Shown in pieces: positions 17,744 to 28,113 of a DNA stretch of 46,461 nt. Position numbers and translations under genes: made by a program. The stretch spans positions 1 through 46,461 of the forward strand of contig JACQGN010000009.1 in assembly GCA_016199545.1 (NCBI GenBank), read 5' to 3'. The notes below the pieces were generated by a model. The model was not told the origin of the DNA and did no database searches. It saw only the letters and a list, made by a program, of their open reading frames with translations. The stretch is from Betaproteobacteria bacterium. GTDB taxonomy: Bacteria; Pseudomonadota; Gammaproteobacteria; Burkholderiales; SG8-41. The stretch's first letter is position 1, and the number at the start of each line of letters is the position of its first letter.

Positions 17744-18712
17744 CTAATCGAGCTTCACGCCGAACTGGCGGAATAGCTTGCCTATCTTCTCGTAATCTGT
17801 CCTCAGGCGCTGGGCCAACTGTTCCGGCGTCCTGTGCACGGGGTCGTACGTCAGGTCGCTCAGCCTCGAGGCGATCGCGGGATCGCGCAACGCGTTCCCG
17901 AGCTCGGTGTTCAACCGATCGAGGATTGCCTTGGGGATTCCCACCGGTGCAAGAACAATGACCCAGGTCGTGGCTTCGTACCCCGGGAAGGTTTCCGCGA
18001 CCGCCGGCACATCCGGGAGCTTCTTCACCCGCTCCAACGAGGTTACCCCCAGCGGACGCACGCGATTCGACTTGATATGCTCGATAATATCGCCGATCCC
18101 CGCGGTCATGGCGTGGATTTCCCCGGAGACCAGGCCCACTACAGTGGGTCCACCGCCTTTGAACGGCACCTGGGTAACCTGGATGCCCGTCGTGGATTCC
18201 AAGATCACCGTGTTCAGGTGGATGAAGCTTCCGTAGCCGGCATGGCCGAAGAGGACTTCTTTCGGGCGTTTCTTCGCCAGCGCGATGAACTCCTTCACCG
18301 ACCGTGCCGGCACCGAGGGGTGCACGGTCAATACGGTCACCAGATTCCCGAGAGGGGTTATCCCGACGAAATCGCCCAGCGCGTCGTACGACAGCTTCTT
18401 GTACAGGTGCGGGTTGGAAGTGTGGGAGGCGACGGTTTGTATCAGCAGGGTATAGCCGTCGGGCCGGCTTTGCGCCACGACGGCCGAGCCGACCGTGCCT
18501 CCCGCGCCCGAGCGGTTTTCGATGATGAACTGCTGGCCCATCTGCTCGGAGAGCTTCGGGAAAACGATGCGTGCCATGATGTCGTTCGCCCCTCCCGGGG
18601 GAAACGGGATGATCACGCGCACGGGCTTGGCGGGATAAGCCTGCGACCAGGCCGCGCCCCCTGCGCACAGCATGCCGGCGATGAATGCTGCAAGAACACG
18701 AATTGCTCTCAT
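17744..18712 (-). CDS. Bug/TctC family tripartite tricarboxylate transporter substrate-binding protein
   Basis: Signal peptide, YPAKPVRVIIPFPPGG, ENRSGAGG, PDGYTLL, VPFKGGG. Confidence 0.9.
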   Translation of the reverse strand: MRAIRVLAAFIAGMLCAGGAAWSQAYPAKPVRVIIPFPPGGANDIMARIVFPKLSEQMGQQFIIENRSGAGGTVGSAVVAQSRPDGYTLLIQTVASHTSNPHLYKKLSYDALGDFVGITPLGNLVTVLTVHPSVPARSVKEFIALAKKRPKEVLFGHAGYGSFIHLNTVILESTTGIQVTQVPFKGGGPTVVGLVSGEIHAMTAGIGDIIEHIKSNRVRPLGVTSLERVKKLPDVPAVAETFPGYEATTWVIVLAPVGIPKAILDRLNTELGNALRDPAIASRLSDLTYDPVHRTPEQLAQRLRTDYEKIGKLFRQFGVKLD

Positions 18713-18838
18713 GCCATGCGCCCTCCTCTTGGCTGTTCGTATCGTGGACATTATAGCCACCTGGGTCCTGCAGATGATTTGACGCCCGCCGCGTTGCGGG
18801 AGATACCGTAAAAGCGTATCGGCCCGTGGACGGATCTC

Positions 18839-19792
18839 GTGATCCGTTATTACGAGTCGGGCGCCGATGTCCCCAAGGTGCCGGCCTCCAGTTGGAAGCC
18901 CGACAAGGCCGTCGAGTTCGTCGTGCAGGCTGCAGCCGGCGGCGGCAGCGACATCTTCGGCCGCACCATAGCCAAGATCATGTCCGACGAGAAGATCGTC
19001 ACCGTGCCGATCAACGTCGTCAACAAGCCGGGCGGCAGCGGCGCGGTCGCATACTCGTACCTGAGCCGGACGAAAGACGATCCGCACGTCATCGCGACCG
19101 CGACCGGTGGCTACATCACCACGCCGGTGCAGGGGAAGTCACCGGTCAGCTACAAGGATTTCACCAACCTGGCGGTGCTGTGCGTCGAGGACTATGTCGG
19201 CGTGGTACGCGCCGATTCGCCCTAGAAGTCGCTGAAGGACCTGATCGCGGCGGCGAAGCAGAAGCCGAATGGCATCCGGTTCGGTGGCAGCAACCCCGGA
19301 TCTTCCGACAACATCATCGAAACCCGGCTGGAGAAGGCGGCGAAAGTCCAATTCAATTACATTCCATTTCAGAGCGGAAGCGAGGTCAATGCGGCGCTTC
19401 TCGGGGGCACCGTCGACGTCGCCAGCCCGAATCCCAGCGAGGCAGCGCAACTGGTGAAGGCAGGCCGGCTGCGGCCGCTCGCCATGTTTTCTCCGGAGCG
19501 GCTCGGCCAGTGGAAGGACGTCCCGACAGCAAAAGAGCAGGGGTTCGATGTCACGCTCTCGCAGTTCCGCGGCGTGGTGGCTGCGGGCGGGCTGGGCAAG
19601 GAGCAGTCGCTGTTCTGGCAGAACGCGATGGTGAAGATGTTCCAGTCGCCCGGCTTCAAGAAGTACCTGCAGGAAAACGGTCTGCGCCCGCTGGTCAAGG
19701 TCGGAGGCGACGCTGACAAGTACCTCGCGGAGCAGACTGCCTTCTACACGGAAATTCTCTCCGAACTCGGCATGGTGAAGAAGAAGAAATAG
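18839..19792 (+). pseudogene. tctC: tctC pseudogene (no signal peptide, in-frame TAG at 19223-19225)
   Basis: WKPDKAVEFVV..GGGSD..NKPGGSG; frame continues through DSP*KSL into ORF 19454-19792; lies directly upstream of tctB and tctA. Confidence 0.8.
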
Positions 19793-19825
19793 GCGTTACC
19801 GCACTGTGGTTCGGAGGGGACCGTC

Positions 19826-20296
19826 GTGACTCGCGCGAACTTCGTCGGCGGCTTGCTGCTGTCGGCGTTCTTCGGTGCTACGCTGTGGGAGGCTTGGTCT
19901 TTCCAGTACGGCACCGAGTTCGCGCCCGGGCCGGGGTTCGCACCCGTCTGGCTGAGCGCGATCGGCCTGTGCGTGTCGCTGCTGATCGCTGCCCATGGGC
20001 TGTGGGCCATGCGGGGTGGCGAAGGCTCCGACAAGAGAGCAGCGCCCGCGCTTGAGAAGTGGGGCCTGGGGCGCGTGGCGCTGTCGCTCCTCGGCCTGGC
20101 CGCGATGGTTCTCCTCACGGAGCCGCTCGGGCTGGTCGCCTCGATCCTCCTCTTCCTGCTGTACCTCACCCTCGTCGTGCAGCGGCACAGCGTCGCCGTC
20201 GGCATCGGCGCCAGCGTGGGGACGGTCGTTTTCGTCTATGTGGTGTTCGTTTATTTCCTCGAAGTTCCGATTCCGAAAGGCCCCCTGGGATTCTGA
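19826..20296 (+). CDS. tctB: Tripartite tricarboxylate transporter small membrane subunit
   Basis: Four TM segments, PGPGFAP, C-terminal LEVPIPKG. Confidence 0.85.
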   Translation: MTRANFVGGLLLSAFFGATLWEAWSFQYGTEFAPGPGFAPVWLSAIGLCVSLLIAAHGLWAMRGGEGSDKRAAPALEKWGLGRVALSLLGLAAMVLLTEPLGLVASILLFLLYLTLVVQRHSVAVGIGASVGTVVFVYVVFVYFLEVPIPKGPLGF

Positions 20297-20302
20297 ACCC
20301 TC

Positions 20303-21808
20303 ATGAACCCGGACCACCTGCTGCTCGGCTTCTCGCTCGCGACCACCCCGGTCAACCTGCTGTTCGCCTTCCTCGGGGTATTGCTGGGCACGATCATCGG
20401 CGCTTTGCCGGGGATCGGCCCATCGGCCGGCGTCGCCGTGCTGCTGCCGGTGACTTTCGGCATGTCACCGGTCTCCGCCATGATCATGCTGGCCGGTATC
20501 TATTACGGCGCCCAGTACGGCGGCACCATCACCTCGGTGCTGATCAACACCCCGGGCGAGTCGTCATCCGTCATGACCACGCTCGACGGTTACCAGATGG
20601 CGCTCAAGGGCCGCGCGGGGGCCGCGCTGGGAATAGCTGCGATCGGTTCGTTCATCGCGGGCACACTCAGCGTCGTGCTGCTGATGGTCGCCGCGCCGCC
20701 GCTCGCCGAGTGGGCCGTCAGCTTCGGACCGCTCGAATACTTCGCCCTCATGGTGCTCGGGCTTACGACGCTGGCGAGCCTCACCGGAGGCTCCATGCTG
20801 AAAGGCCTGGCGATGGCGCTGGCAGGGTTGCTGCTCGGAACCGTCGGCATCGATCTCATGATGGGCGAGCCGCGCTATACATTCGGAATGGTCGAGCTGT
20901 ACGACAGGCTCGATTTTCTCCCCGTCGCCGTCGGCCTGTTCGCCCTTGGGGAGATTCTATACAACATCTACCAGCCCGTTCGGCTCGAGCCGATCAAGGC
21001 CAAGCTGAGCGGCCTGCTGCCCACGCGCCAGGACTGGCGCGACTCGTGGGGGGCCATTGCGCGCGGCACGGTCATCGGCTTTTTCGTCGGCGTTCTTCCG
21101 GGCGCGGGCGCGACCATTGCATCGTTTCTCGCGTATGCGACCGAGAAGCGCGTCTCCAAGCGCCCGGAGCAGTTCGGCACCGGGGTCATCGAAGGGGTGG
21201 CGGCGCCGGAGTCGGCCAATAACGCGGCGTCCACGGGCGCGCTGGTGCCGCTGATGGCGCTCGGCATCCCCGGCTCGGGTACCACCGCCGTGATGCTCGG
21301 AGCATTGACGCTTTATGGATTGCAGCCCGGGCCGCTCCTGATGAGCACGAACCCGGAGGTTTTCTGGGGGCTGGTCGCCAGCATGTACGTCGGCAATGTC
21401 ATGCTGCTGATCCTCAATCTTCCGCTCGCGCCGGCGTTCGCGAGCGTTCTGCGCATTCCCTACAGCGTGCTCATACCGATCATCATCGGCATCGCGTTGT
21501 TCGGCGTCTACAGCGTCGAGAACAGCATTTTCAACGTGGGCGTGGCGCTTCTCTTCGGGGGCATCGGCTTTGTCACGCGCATCTACGGCTATCCGCCGGC
21601 GCCGCTGGTGCTGGCGGTGGTGCTCGGGCCCATGCTGGAAAAGGCGCTGCGGCAGCCGATGCAGATGTCGCTCGGCCGCCTGGACGTCTTCGTCACGCGG
21701 CCGGTGAGCGCAGGAATCCTGGCCTTCGCCCTGTTGGCCGTGCTGTATCCGTTCGTTCTTTCGTTCTTTGCGCGCCGCCGCGAACAGGCGCTCGCCGGTT
21801 CGCGCTGA
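20303..21808 (+). CDS. tctA: Tripartite tricarboxylate transporter large permease
   Basis: [36 protein letters not shown]. Confidence 0.95.
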   Translation: MNPDHLLLGFSLATTPVNLLFAFLGVLLGTIIGALPGIGPSAGVAVLLPVTFGMSPVSAMIMLAGIYYGAQYGGTITSVLINTPGESSSVMTTLDGYQMALKGRAGAALGIAAIGSFIAGTLSVVLLMVAAPPLAEWAVSFGPLEYFALMVLGLTTLASLTGGSMLKGLAMALAGLLLGTVGIDLMMGEPRYTFGMVELYDRLDFLPVAVGLFALGEILYNIYQPVRLEPIKAKLSGLLPTRQDWRDSWGAIARGTVIGFFVGVLPGAGATIASFLAYATEKRVSKRPEQFGTGVIEGVAAPESANNAASTGALVPLMALGIPGSGTTAVMLGALTLYGLQPGPLLMSTNPEVFWGLVASMYVGNVMLLILNLPLAPAFASVLRIPYSVLIPIIIGIALFGVYSVENSIFNVGVALLFGGIGFVTRIYGYPPAPLVLAVVLGPMLEKALRQPMQMSLGRLDVFVTRPVSAGILAFALLAVLYPFVLSFFARRREQALAGSR

Positions 21809-21895
21809 ACCGTTGCCGCGCCGCGTTAGCGCCCGCTTCGATTGCGCCGATCGCGATAGCGTTACTTCTTGTGCCTGATCCACCGCCCAGGCGCA

Positions 21896-23125
21896 TCAGC
21901 CTGGCTTGGGCGCCAGGACCAGATTTCTCAACGCCGTCGCGCGCGCGAGCGACAGCCACACGTAGGCAAGCACGATCACTGCGCCTCCCGCGAGCGCCAG
22001 GCGCGGACCCGCCAACGACCCTGCGATATTCAACAGAAATCCGCTCAACGATGCCAGGCTCCATACCAGCGTGAATACGCTCATCACCCGCCCGCGGTAA
22101 TGGTCCTCGACCATGGTTTGCAGAATCACCTGCGCACAGGTCAGGAAATAACCATGGCACAGGCCGGCGACAAAGATCATGCAAAACGAAAACCAGTACC
22201 AGTCGCTCAAGGCCAGGCCTATCAATGCCACGTTGTAGGCGGTCAGGGCGCCCACCATCAGGTTTCTCGGCGACATGCGCGACTCCAACCAGGCATAGGA
22301 AAGCAAGCCGGCCAGCGCGCCGACGCCGGCGGCGGAGGTGAGGATGCCAAGGCCACGCGAATCGACCTCCAGGACATCCTTGGCGAATACCGGAAGCATA
22401 TGGATATAGCCCATGGCCATGGTGGCATTGAGCAGCGCCACGGCGATGACCTTGGCGAATACCTCGTTGCCGCGGATGTAATGCAGGCTATCGGTGAAAT
22501 TGTTGAGTAGACTGCCATGCGAACGCGCTTCCCCGCGCGCGGGACGCACCAGGAACAGCACCGCGATCATGGTGCTGACGCCTGCCGCGCACACCAGAAA
22601 AGTGGTCGGCGCGCCTGCCGCGGCAATGAGAAATCCCGCGATCGAAGGGGCAATCATGCGGCTGCTGCCGAAAGCCATGGAGATCAGCGGCACCGCGGAA
22701 CTCAACAGTGGGCGGGGGAGCAGGCGCGGGAAAAAAGACGCGCGCGCGGGCTCGTCGATGGCGCCCGACAGTCCCAATAGAAATGCTCCCAGCGCCAGGT
22801 GCCATAGCTGCGCCACGCCGAACATTGTCGCCAGGCCGACGATGATTATCCCGATCGCGGAATTGGTCTGCGCGGCACCGATGAGCTTGCGCGCGTCCAC
22901 GCGATCGGCCAGCACGCCGCCCAGCAGCGTCAGGGTGAATTGGGGCACGAAACCGCAAAGATAGATGAAACCCAGTTGCGCCTGCGATCCCGTGATCTCG
23001 AAGGCGAGCCATCCCAGAGTGAACCAGAACATATGCTGGCCGACAACCTGCGCGACCAGGGCCACCCAATAAAGGCGAAAGTTGCGCACCGTCAGCGCTA
23101 AAAGTGGATTGGCTTTCTTTTCCAC
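21896..23125 (-). CDS. MFS transporter
   Basis: GGVLADRVDARK motif A, about 12 TM segments, RGRVMS; GTG start with GGAGGAG RBS. Confidence 0.85.
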   Translation of the reverse strand: MEKKANPLLALTVRNFRLYWVALVAQVVGQHMFWFTLGWLAFEITGSQAQLGFIYLCGFVPQFTLTLLGGVLADRVDARKLIGAAQTNSAIGIIIVGLATMFGVAQLWHLALGAFLLGLSGAIDEPARASFFPRLLPRPLLSSAVPLISMAFGSSRMIAPSIAGFLIAAAGAPTTFLVCAAGVSTMIAVLFLVRPARGEARSHGSLLNNFTDSLHYIRGNEVFAKVIAVALLNATMAMGYIHMLPVFAKDVLEVDSRGLGILTSAAGVGALAGLLSYAWLESRMSPRNLMVGALTAYNVALIGLALSDWYWFSFCMIFVAGLCHGYFLTCAQVILQTMVEDHYRGRVMSVFTLVWSLASLSGFLLNIAGSLAGPRLALAGGAVIVLAYVWLSLARATALRNLVLAPKPG

Positions 23126-23269
23126 GGATGCTCCTCCGGACCTCAGCATACCCGAGTCTGGAGCTTCGATATGATGGCCCGGATCAGTCCGCGACGACGG
23201 AAGTGACTTGGACAAATACGCAGTATGTGCGAAGCTTGGGAAGCTCACATAGCCAAAGGAGGCTGAACC

Positions 23270-24493
23270 ATGTCGAACAGCGCTGATTACGACTTTCTCG
23301 CCGGAGTCCGGGTCGTCGACTTCACCCAGTTCGAGGCAGGGCCGACCTGCACCGAATCCCTCGCCTGGCTGGGCGCGGAAGTGGTCAAAATCGAGAATCC
23401 GCGAAGCGGCGATCCGGGGCGGCGGCTGCGGGCGGGCCAACCCGATGACGATCCGTATTATTTTCAGCAGTTCAACGCCAACAAGAAATCGATCACGCTC
23501 AATCTGAAAGAGCCGCAGGGGTTGGCGCTGGTCAAGGACCTGCTGCGCAAGGCCGACATCACGGTGGAGAACATGGCGCCCGGCACGATCGAGCGTCTCG
23601 GCCTGGGCTATGACGAGGTGAAGAAGTTGAATCCCGGGATCATCTATTGCCAGGTCAAGGGGTTCGGCGAGGGCAGCCCGTACGAGGCCAACCTCGCCTT
23701 CGACATGATCGCCCAGGCGACGGGCGGGACGATCAGCGTGACCGGCGAGAAGGGGCGGCAACCGGTGAAGCCCGGCCTGTCGTTCGGAGACACCGGAACG
23801 GGGATGACGATGGCGATCACCCTCCTTGCCGCGTTGCGCAAGCGCGACAAGACCGGCGAGGGTTGCCGTTTGCAGGTGGCGATGCAGGACGCGATGCTGC
23901 ACTACATGCGCACCAACTTCGCCACCCAGTCGCGCACCGGCAAGGCGATCGAGCGCGACGGCACGCACTCGGGCGGCGGCTCCAATACGCCCTCGGGCCT
24001 CTATCCCTGCGCGCCGGGCGGGCCGAACGACTATATCTGGATCATGACCAGCCGCGCGAATCCCGAGCACTGGTCGCGGCTGTGCAAGGTAATGGGGAAG
24101 GAGGATCTGATCGAGGATCCGCGCTTCGCCACGACGGCGGCGCGCGTGAAGAACGAGGCCGAGGTGGACTCGATGATCGCCGCCTGGACGAAGGCGCGCA
24201 CCAAGCACGAGGCGATGTCGGAAGTGGGAGGCGCGGGCATTCCGGCAGGCCCGGTGCTCGATACGATGGAGCTGCTGAACGAGCCGAGCTTCGAACGGCG
24301 CGGCATCATGCAGGTGATGCCGCACAAGACTCATCCCGTCAAGATGCCGTCCTGGCCGGTGCGTATCAACGGGAAGCCTCCGACGGTGAAGGCGTCACCC
24401 GGTCTCGGGGAGCATACCGCGGAGGTGCTGACCGGCTGGCTCGGTCTGAGTGCTGATGAGGTCGGTAAGCTCAAGGCGGATAAAATCGTCTGA
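23270..24493 (+). CDS. Class III CoA-transferase (CaiB/BaiF, formyl-CoA transferase-like)
   Basis: VVDFTQFEAGP, LGAEVVKIE, NANKKSITLNLK, FDMIAQA, catalytic GDTGTG. Confidence 0.92.
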   Translation: MSNSADYDFLAGVRVVDFTQFEAGPTCTESLAWLGAEVVKIENPRSGDPGRRLRAGQPDDDPYYFQQFNANKKSITLNLKEPQGLALVKDLLRKADITVENMAPGTIERLGLGYDEVKKLNPGIIYCQVKGFGEGSPYEANLAFDMIAQATGGTISVTGEKGRQPVKPGLSFGDTGTGMTMAITLLAALRKRDKTGEGCRLQVAMQDAMLHYMRTNFATQSRTGKAIERDGTHSGGGSNTPSGLYPCAPGGPNDYIWIMTSRANPEHWSRLCKVMGKEDLIEDPRFATTAARVKNEAEVDSMIAAWTKARTKHEAMSEVGGAGIPAGPVLDTMELLNEPSFERRGIMQVMPHKTHPVKMPSWPVRINGKPPTVKASPGLGEHTAEVLTGWLGLSADEVGKLKADKIV

Positions 24494-24542
24494 GCGGGGA
24501 TCGCCTCGGTCCGCCTTTGATTCACGAGTCGCGCCGTGAGCC

Positions 24543-24686
24543 CTATGCACGCAGCGGGCGCGGCCCATCGGGTTGCGGCGGCTCCCGCTGCGGAACGACT
24601 TCCGGCTCCTCGTCAGGGGGCACCGGAGGCTGCTTCACGTCGGGTTCCTCGTCGTCTTCCATCGGATCGGGCGTCGGCGTGTGCAT
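24543..24686 (-). CDS. Possible small Pro/acidic-rich peptide
   Basis: MHTPTPDPMEDDEEPDVKQPPVPPDEEPEVVPQREPPQPDGPRPLRA; compositionally biased ORF only. Confidence 0.35.
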   Translation of the reverse strand: MHTPTPDPMEDDEEPDVKQPPVPPDEEPEVVPQREPPQPDGPRPLRA

Positions 24687-24775
24687 GGATCGTCCATTTT
24701 GGGCTTTCATGAAATATCCGACCCCTGTCCGAGTCAGGAAGTTCTTCGGGAGTTCGGGGCTGATCTCAGTTACGG

Positions 24776-24804
24776 TTGACCTGTTGTCGACGGGTCGACA
24801 TAAT
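24776..24804 (+). promoter_or_regulatory. Sigma70 promoter of the R-M operon with two GTCGAC sites in the spacer
   Basis: TTGACC-17 nt-CATAAT; GTCGAC at 24786-24791 and 24794-24799; ATG 7 nt downstream. Confidence 0.7.
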
Positions 24805-24811
24805 TGCTCGT

Positions 24812-25015
24812 ATGACGAAAATAGGTTCAAAGCAGGGTATTCGCGACCGCAGGATCATCGGTTTCAGCCTGCCGCCCGAGCTTGCCGCCGAGGTGAAAAT
24901 CGAGGCGGCCCGCCGCAATGTTTCGCTGCGCAATCTCTTCGTCGAGATGTGGAGCATTTATAAGGACAAAAAAAGCAACGTGAGCAGCGCAGCGGATGGG
25001 CGTCAATCTCGATAG
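24812..25015 (+). CDS. Small ribbon-helix-helix-like DNA-binding protein (putative R-M controller)
   Basis: RIIGFSLPPELAAEVKIEAARRNVSLRNLFVEMW fits the RHH strand-helix-helix pattern; overlaps the endonuclease start. Confidence 0.6.
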   Translation: MTKIGSKQGIRDRRIIGFSLPPELAAEVKIEAARRNVSLRNLFVEMWSIYKDKKSNVSSAADGRQSR

Positions 25016-26024
25016 ACCGCAGAACTGGAAAGCCGACGTCGTCCGGTCCGTTGACATGTACAACGACTGGTTCATGAAGTTCGCGCCGAAGGCTTTTCGT
25101 GACACCCGCATCTAGACGACTAAGGACGTTGAGGCGGCGCTGAAAGCGACCAGGAACCTCACCGATATACAGCCGTCCTTGCTGAAGCGGCATCCCGCGA
25201 TCCTGCCGACACTGCGGATGTCCACCTGCCCACCGCTGGCCGTTGACCGGCTGATTGGCCTCGCGAAGATTTCCAAGAGCCTTGTCAAGCGGATGGAAAA
25301 AGAACACAAGCTTCCGGTGCGCATGAGAGAACCGGTTCTAAATGCCGAGCTCGCGAAAATCGGCACCATTATTAAGAAAATGGCGGACCCAGATATTTTT
25401 GTGTGGCTTGGCCGACGCGCGCAGGCGACTGAAGTCGAAATACACCGGGCCGCCACAATCGTGGCTGACCGGCTGTGCGGTTCCGTCGCCAATCCGATCA
25501 TCCGCAACGCACAGGAAAAGCGCCAGCTCGCGGAAATCAAGGCATGGCTCGAAGCACGCGGTTACAAACAGCTGCCGGCGGGAGGCGGCACAAAATTCAA
25601 TGCGATGCCGCCGGGGACCTTTAGCTTTCGCATGAACGTTCCCATCCGGCTTGTGGGCGGCGAGGAAGCCTTGAAGTTGCTTGAAGAGTCTGAGGACCGT
25701 AAGCCCGTCATCCAAGAGGACGAGGAAGGCGTTAAGGTTAATATTCCGATAGATGCGGTGATCATGCCGAAGAAGGCGAAGCGGGGCGATCTGCCCGTCT
25801 TTTTCGAAGCGAAATCGGCAGGGGACTTTACGAACACCAACAAGCGCCGCAAGGAAGAGGCCGTGAAGATGGCGCAATTGCGAAATACATACGGCAACAA
25901 GATGAGTTTTAACCTTTTTCTATGCGGCTATTTCGATAGTGGCTATCTTGGCTACGAAGCCGCCGAGGGCATTGATTGGGTGTGGGAGCACCGCATCGAC
26001 GACCTCGCAAAATTCGGGATCTGA
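24996..26024 (+). pseudogene. XamI-family type II restriction endonuclease interrupted by an in-frame TAG at 25113-25115
   Basis: MGVNLDRPQNWKADV..YNDWF..FAP then TAG, in frame with ORF 25179-26024 carrying EAKSAGDFTNTNKRRKEE and GIDWVWEHR. Confidence 0.8.
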
Positions 26025-27620
26025 ATGACACGCAGCACTGAAAAACTTGAGCAAGAACGGCTAGCGTTACAGGCCGACCTGGACGGCCACAAGACGCAAG
26101 GCGAGCGCAACCGATTGGGCCAGTTCGCAACGCCCACATTGCTGGCACGCGACGTGGCGACTTATGGTCTTTTATTGCTGCCAGAATACACGCCGATCCG
26201 GTTTTTCGATCCGGCGATAGGCACGGGCTCTTTCTACTCGGCGCTCCGGGCAACAGCTAAGGATCGACTCATCGAATTTGCCAGAGGCTTCGAAATCGAT
26301 CCCCACTACGCGAAGCCTGCACAGGAGCTTTGGCGGGAAACGACGCTGAAGATCGAACTGGCCGACTTCACGCGGCAAGCCGTGCCTGCGGACGAAAAAA
26401 GCAAACCGAATTTACTGATCTGCAATCCGCCATATGTCAGGCACCATCACATAGACGCGGGAGAAAAAAACCGGCTGCGTCATGCCGCAGCCGAGGCCGC
26501 GCATATCCATCTAAGCGGATTGTCGGGTCTGTATTGCTATTTCATGGCGATGTCGCACGCATGGATGAGCGATGGCGGCATTGCGGGCTGGCTCATTCCG
26601 AGCGAATTCATGGACGTCAATTACGGGCGCCACGTGAAGCAATATCTTCTGCGCGAGGTGACGCTCCTGCATATACATCGCTTTGATCCGAACGACGTGC
26701 AGTTTGACGATGCGCTTGTGTCGTCCGCTGTAGTCTGGTTCAGGAAGGCCAAGCCGACACCAGATCACCGCGTAACGTTTTCGTACGGGGGAACGCTTAA
26801 TGCGCCGATGATCTCGAAAGAAATCAGCGTTCACGATTTACGCCTTAACGTGAAGTGGACGAAGTTTCCGCGCACCGATCCTGCAAGGGAACACGAGGGC
26901 TACCGATTGGACGATCTTTTTGCCATCAAGCGTGGCCTTGCGACCGGAGATAACAGTTTTTTCATACTGGATGAGGACCGGGTAAGAGCGTTGAACCTAC
27001 CGCGTGAGTATCTGCGTCCCGTGTTGCCGAGCACGAGATACATCAAGGCGGATGAGATCAAGGCAGACGCGGAGGGCGTTCCATTGCTGGACAAGCGGCT
27101 TTTTCTGATCGACTGCGACATGTCCGAAGATGACTTACCCCGCAACTATCCTGCGCTTTGGGACTATCTGAAGGGCGGACTAGAGACAGTCGCGCCGCGT
27201 TATCTCTGTCGGTCGCGCCGCGTCTGGTATTCACAGGAACGCCGACCAGCCGCGCCGATTGTCTGCACGTATCTGGGCCGCAGCGACCATGACGGCCGCC
27301 CGTTCCGGTTCTTGCTGAACCACTCGCAGGCGACGGCGACGAACGTCTATCTAATGCTTTATCCGCAGCCGCTGCTTGAGGCCGCCCTTGCGAAAAACCC
27401 AGGGGCCCTGCGCAAGCTCTGGCAGGCGCTCAACAACATTCGCCCAGCAACACTACTCAGCAGTGGTCGCGTTTACGGCGGGGGGCTCCACAAGCTGGAG
27501 CCGAGGGAACTTGCGAGTGTGCCCGCTGATGACCTGGCCGCCCTCGTTGGGCTGAAGCCGAAAAGGGTAACGCGTCAACTTGAATTGCTAGAAAAACGCG
27601 CGGCCTACGCGGTCATGTAA
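26025..27620 (+). CDS. N6-adenine DNA methyltransferase (gamma class, XamI/SalI-like)
   Basis: LGQFATP, FFDPAIGTGSF (SAM binding), ICNPPY (catalytic), GRVYGGGLHKLEP; abuts the endonuclease stop. Confidence 0.92.
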   Translation: MTRSTEKLEQERLALQADLDGHKTQGERNRLGQFATPTLLARDVATYGLLLLPEYTPIRFFDPAIGTGSFYSALRATAKDRLIEFARGFEIDPHYAKPAQELWRETTLKIELADFTRQAVPADEKSKPNLLICNPPYVRHHHIDAGEKNRLRHAAAEAAHIHLSGLSGLYCYFMAMSHAWMSDGGIAGWLIPSEFMDVNYGRHVKQYLLREVTLLHIHRFDPNDVQFDDALVSSAVVWFRKAKPTPDHRVTFSYGGTLNAPMISKEISVHDLRLNVKWTKFPRTDPAREHEGYRLDDLFAIKRGLATGDNSFFILDEDRVRALNLPREYLRPVLPSTRYIKADEIKADAEGVPLLDKRLFLIDCDMSEDDLPRNYPALWDYLKGGLETVAPRYLCRSRRVWYSQERRPAAPIVCTYLGRSDHDGRPFRFLLNHSQATATNVYLMLYPQPLLEAALAKNPGALRKLWQALNNIRPATLLSSGRVYGGGLHKLEPRELASVPADDLAALVGLKPKRVTRQLELLEKRAAYAVM

Positions 27621-27799
27621 CGCATGCGAACTCACCAAGCGATTGGGTTGAGCACGCATCTTGGCTGGCGCACAATGTCACTCTGTCGTCGCGCACCGCT
27701 GTACCGCTCGATTGATTGCAGATATGCCTAAGCCTAAGCCGGCATAGCCGGAACCAAGATGGGTAAAGTAGCTCGACGCCCCGAGCAAGGGAGACGGCG

Positions 27800-28078
27800 A
27801 TGACGCAGATGCTGACAGAGCGCTACCGGGACCGCATGGTGGGGGTGCCGTCGTGCTACGACCGAATCGTCACCGCCGGGACGCTGCCGGGCGCTTGCTA
27901 CACGGGCGGGATGACGAGCTTTCTTTACTCTCGCGGCATCCGCATCTTTGACTACGCGCGCTTTGCCGAACCGCTGCGAGAACGCATCCGCACTCGCGCA
28001 GGAGGCGTGTGCCAAGGCGGGCATCCAGATCGGGCACATCAACAAGGCCCACATCCGCAAGGAAGAGGTGGTGGCGAA
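27800..28078 (+). mobile_element. Frameshifted, truncated 5' remnant of a putative transposase
   Basis: TERY...SCYDRIV..GTLPG.CY..GMTSFLY..GIRIFDY.RFAEPLRERIR, continuing in another frame as AGIQIGHINKAHIRKEEVV; resembles the N-terminus of a repeated IS-like protein often mislabelled MarR. Confidence 0.6.
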
Positions 28079-28113
28079 CCATCGCGGCGATTTTAGCTTT
28101 CGCGCCTGTTTGA

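Noticed and set aside
21896-24334. 812-aa MFS fusion ORF
   Set aside because: The N-terminal half is antisense to the CoA-transferase; the real MFS starts at GTG 23125 with a strong RBS
19223-25115. Amber (TAG) recoding, since both tctC and the endonuclease are interrupted by TAG
   Set aside because: Intact genes here end in TAG at the expected place (amidohydrolase, DUF4440, oxidoreductase), tctC is also 5'-truncated, and no pyl genes or suppressor tRNA are visible
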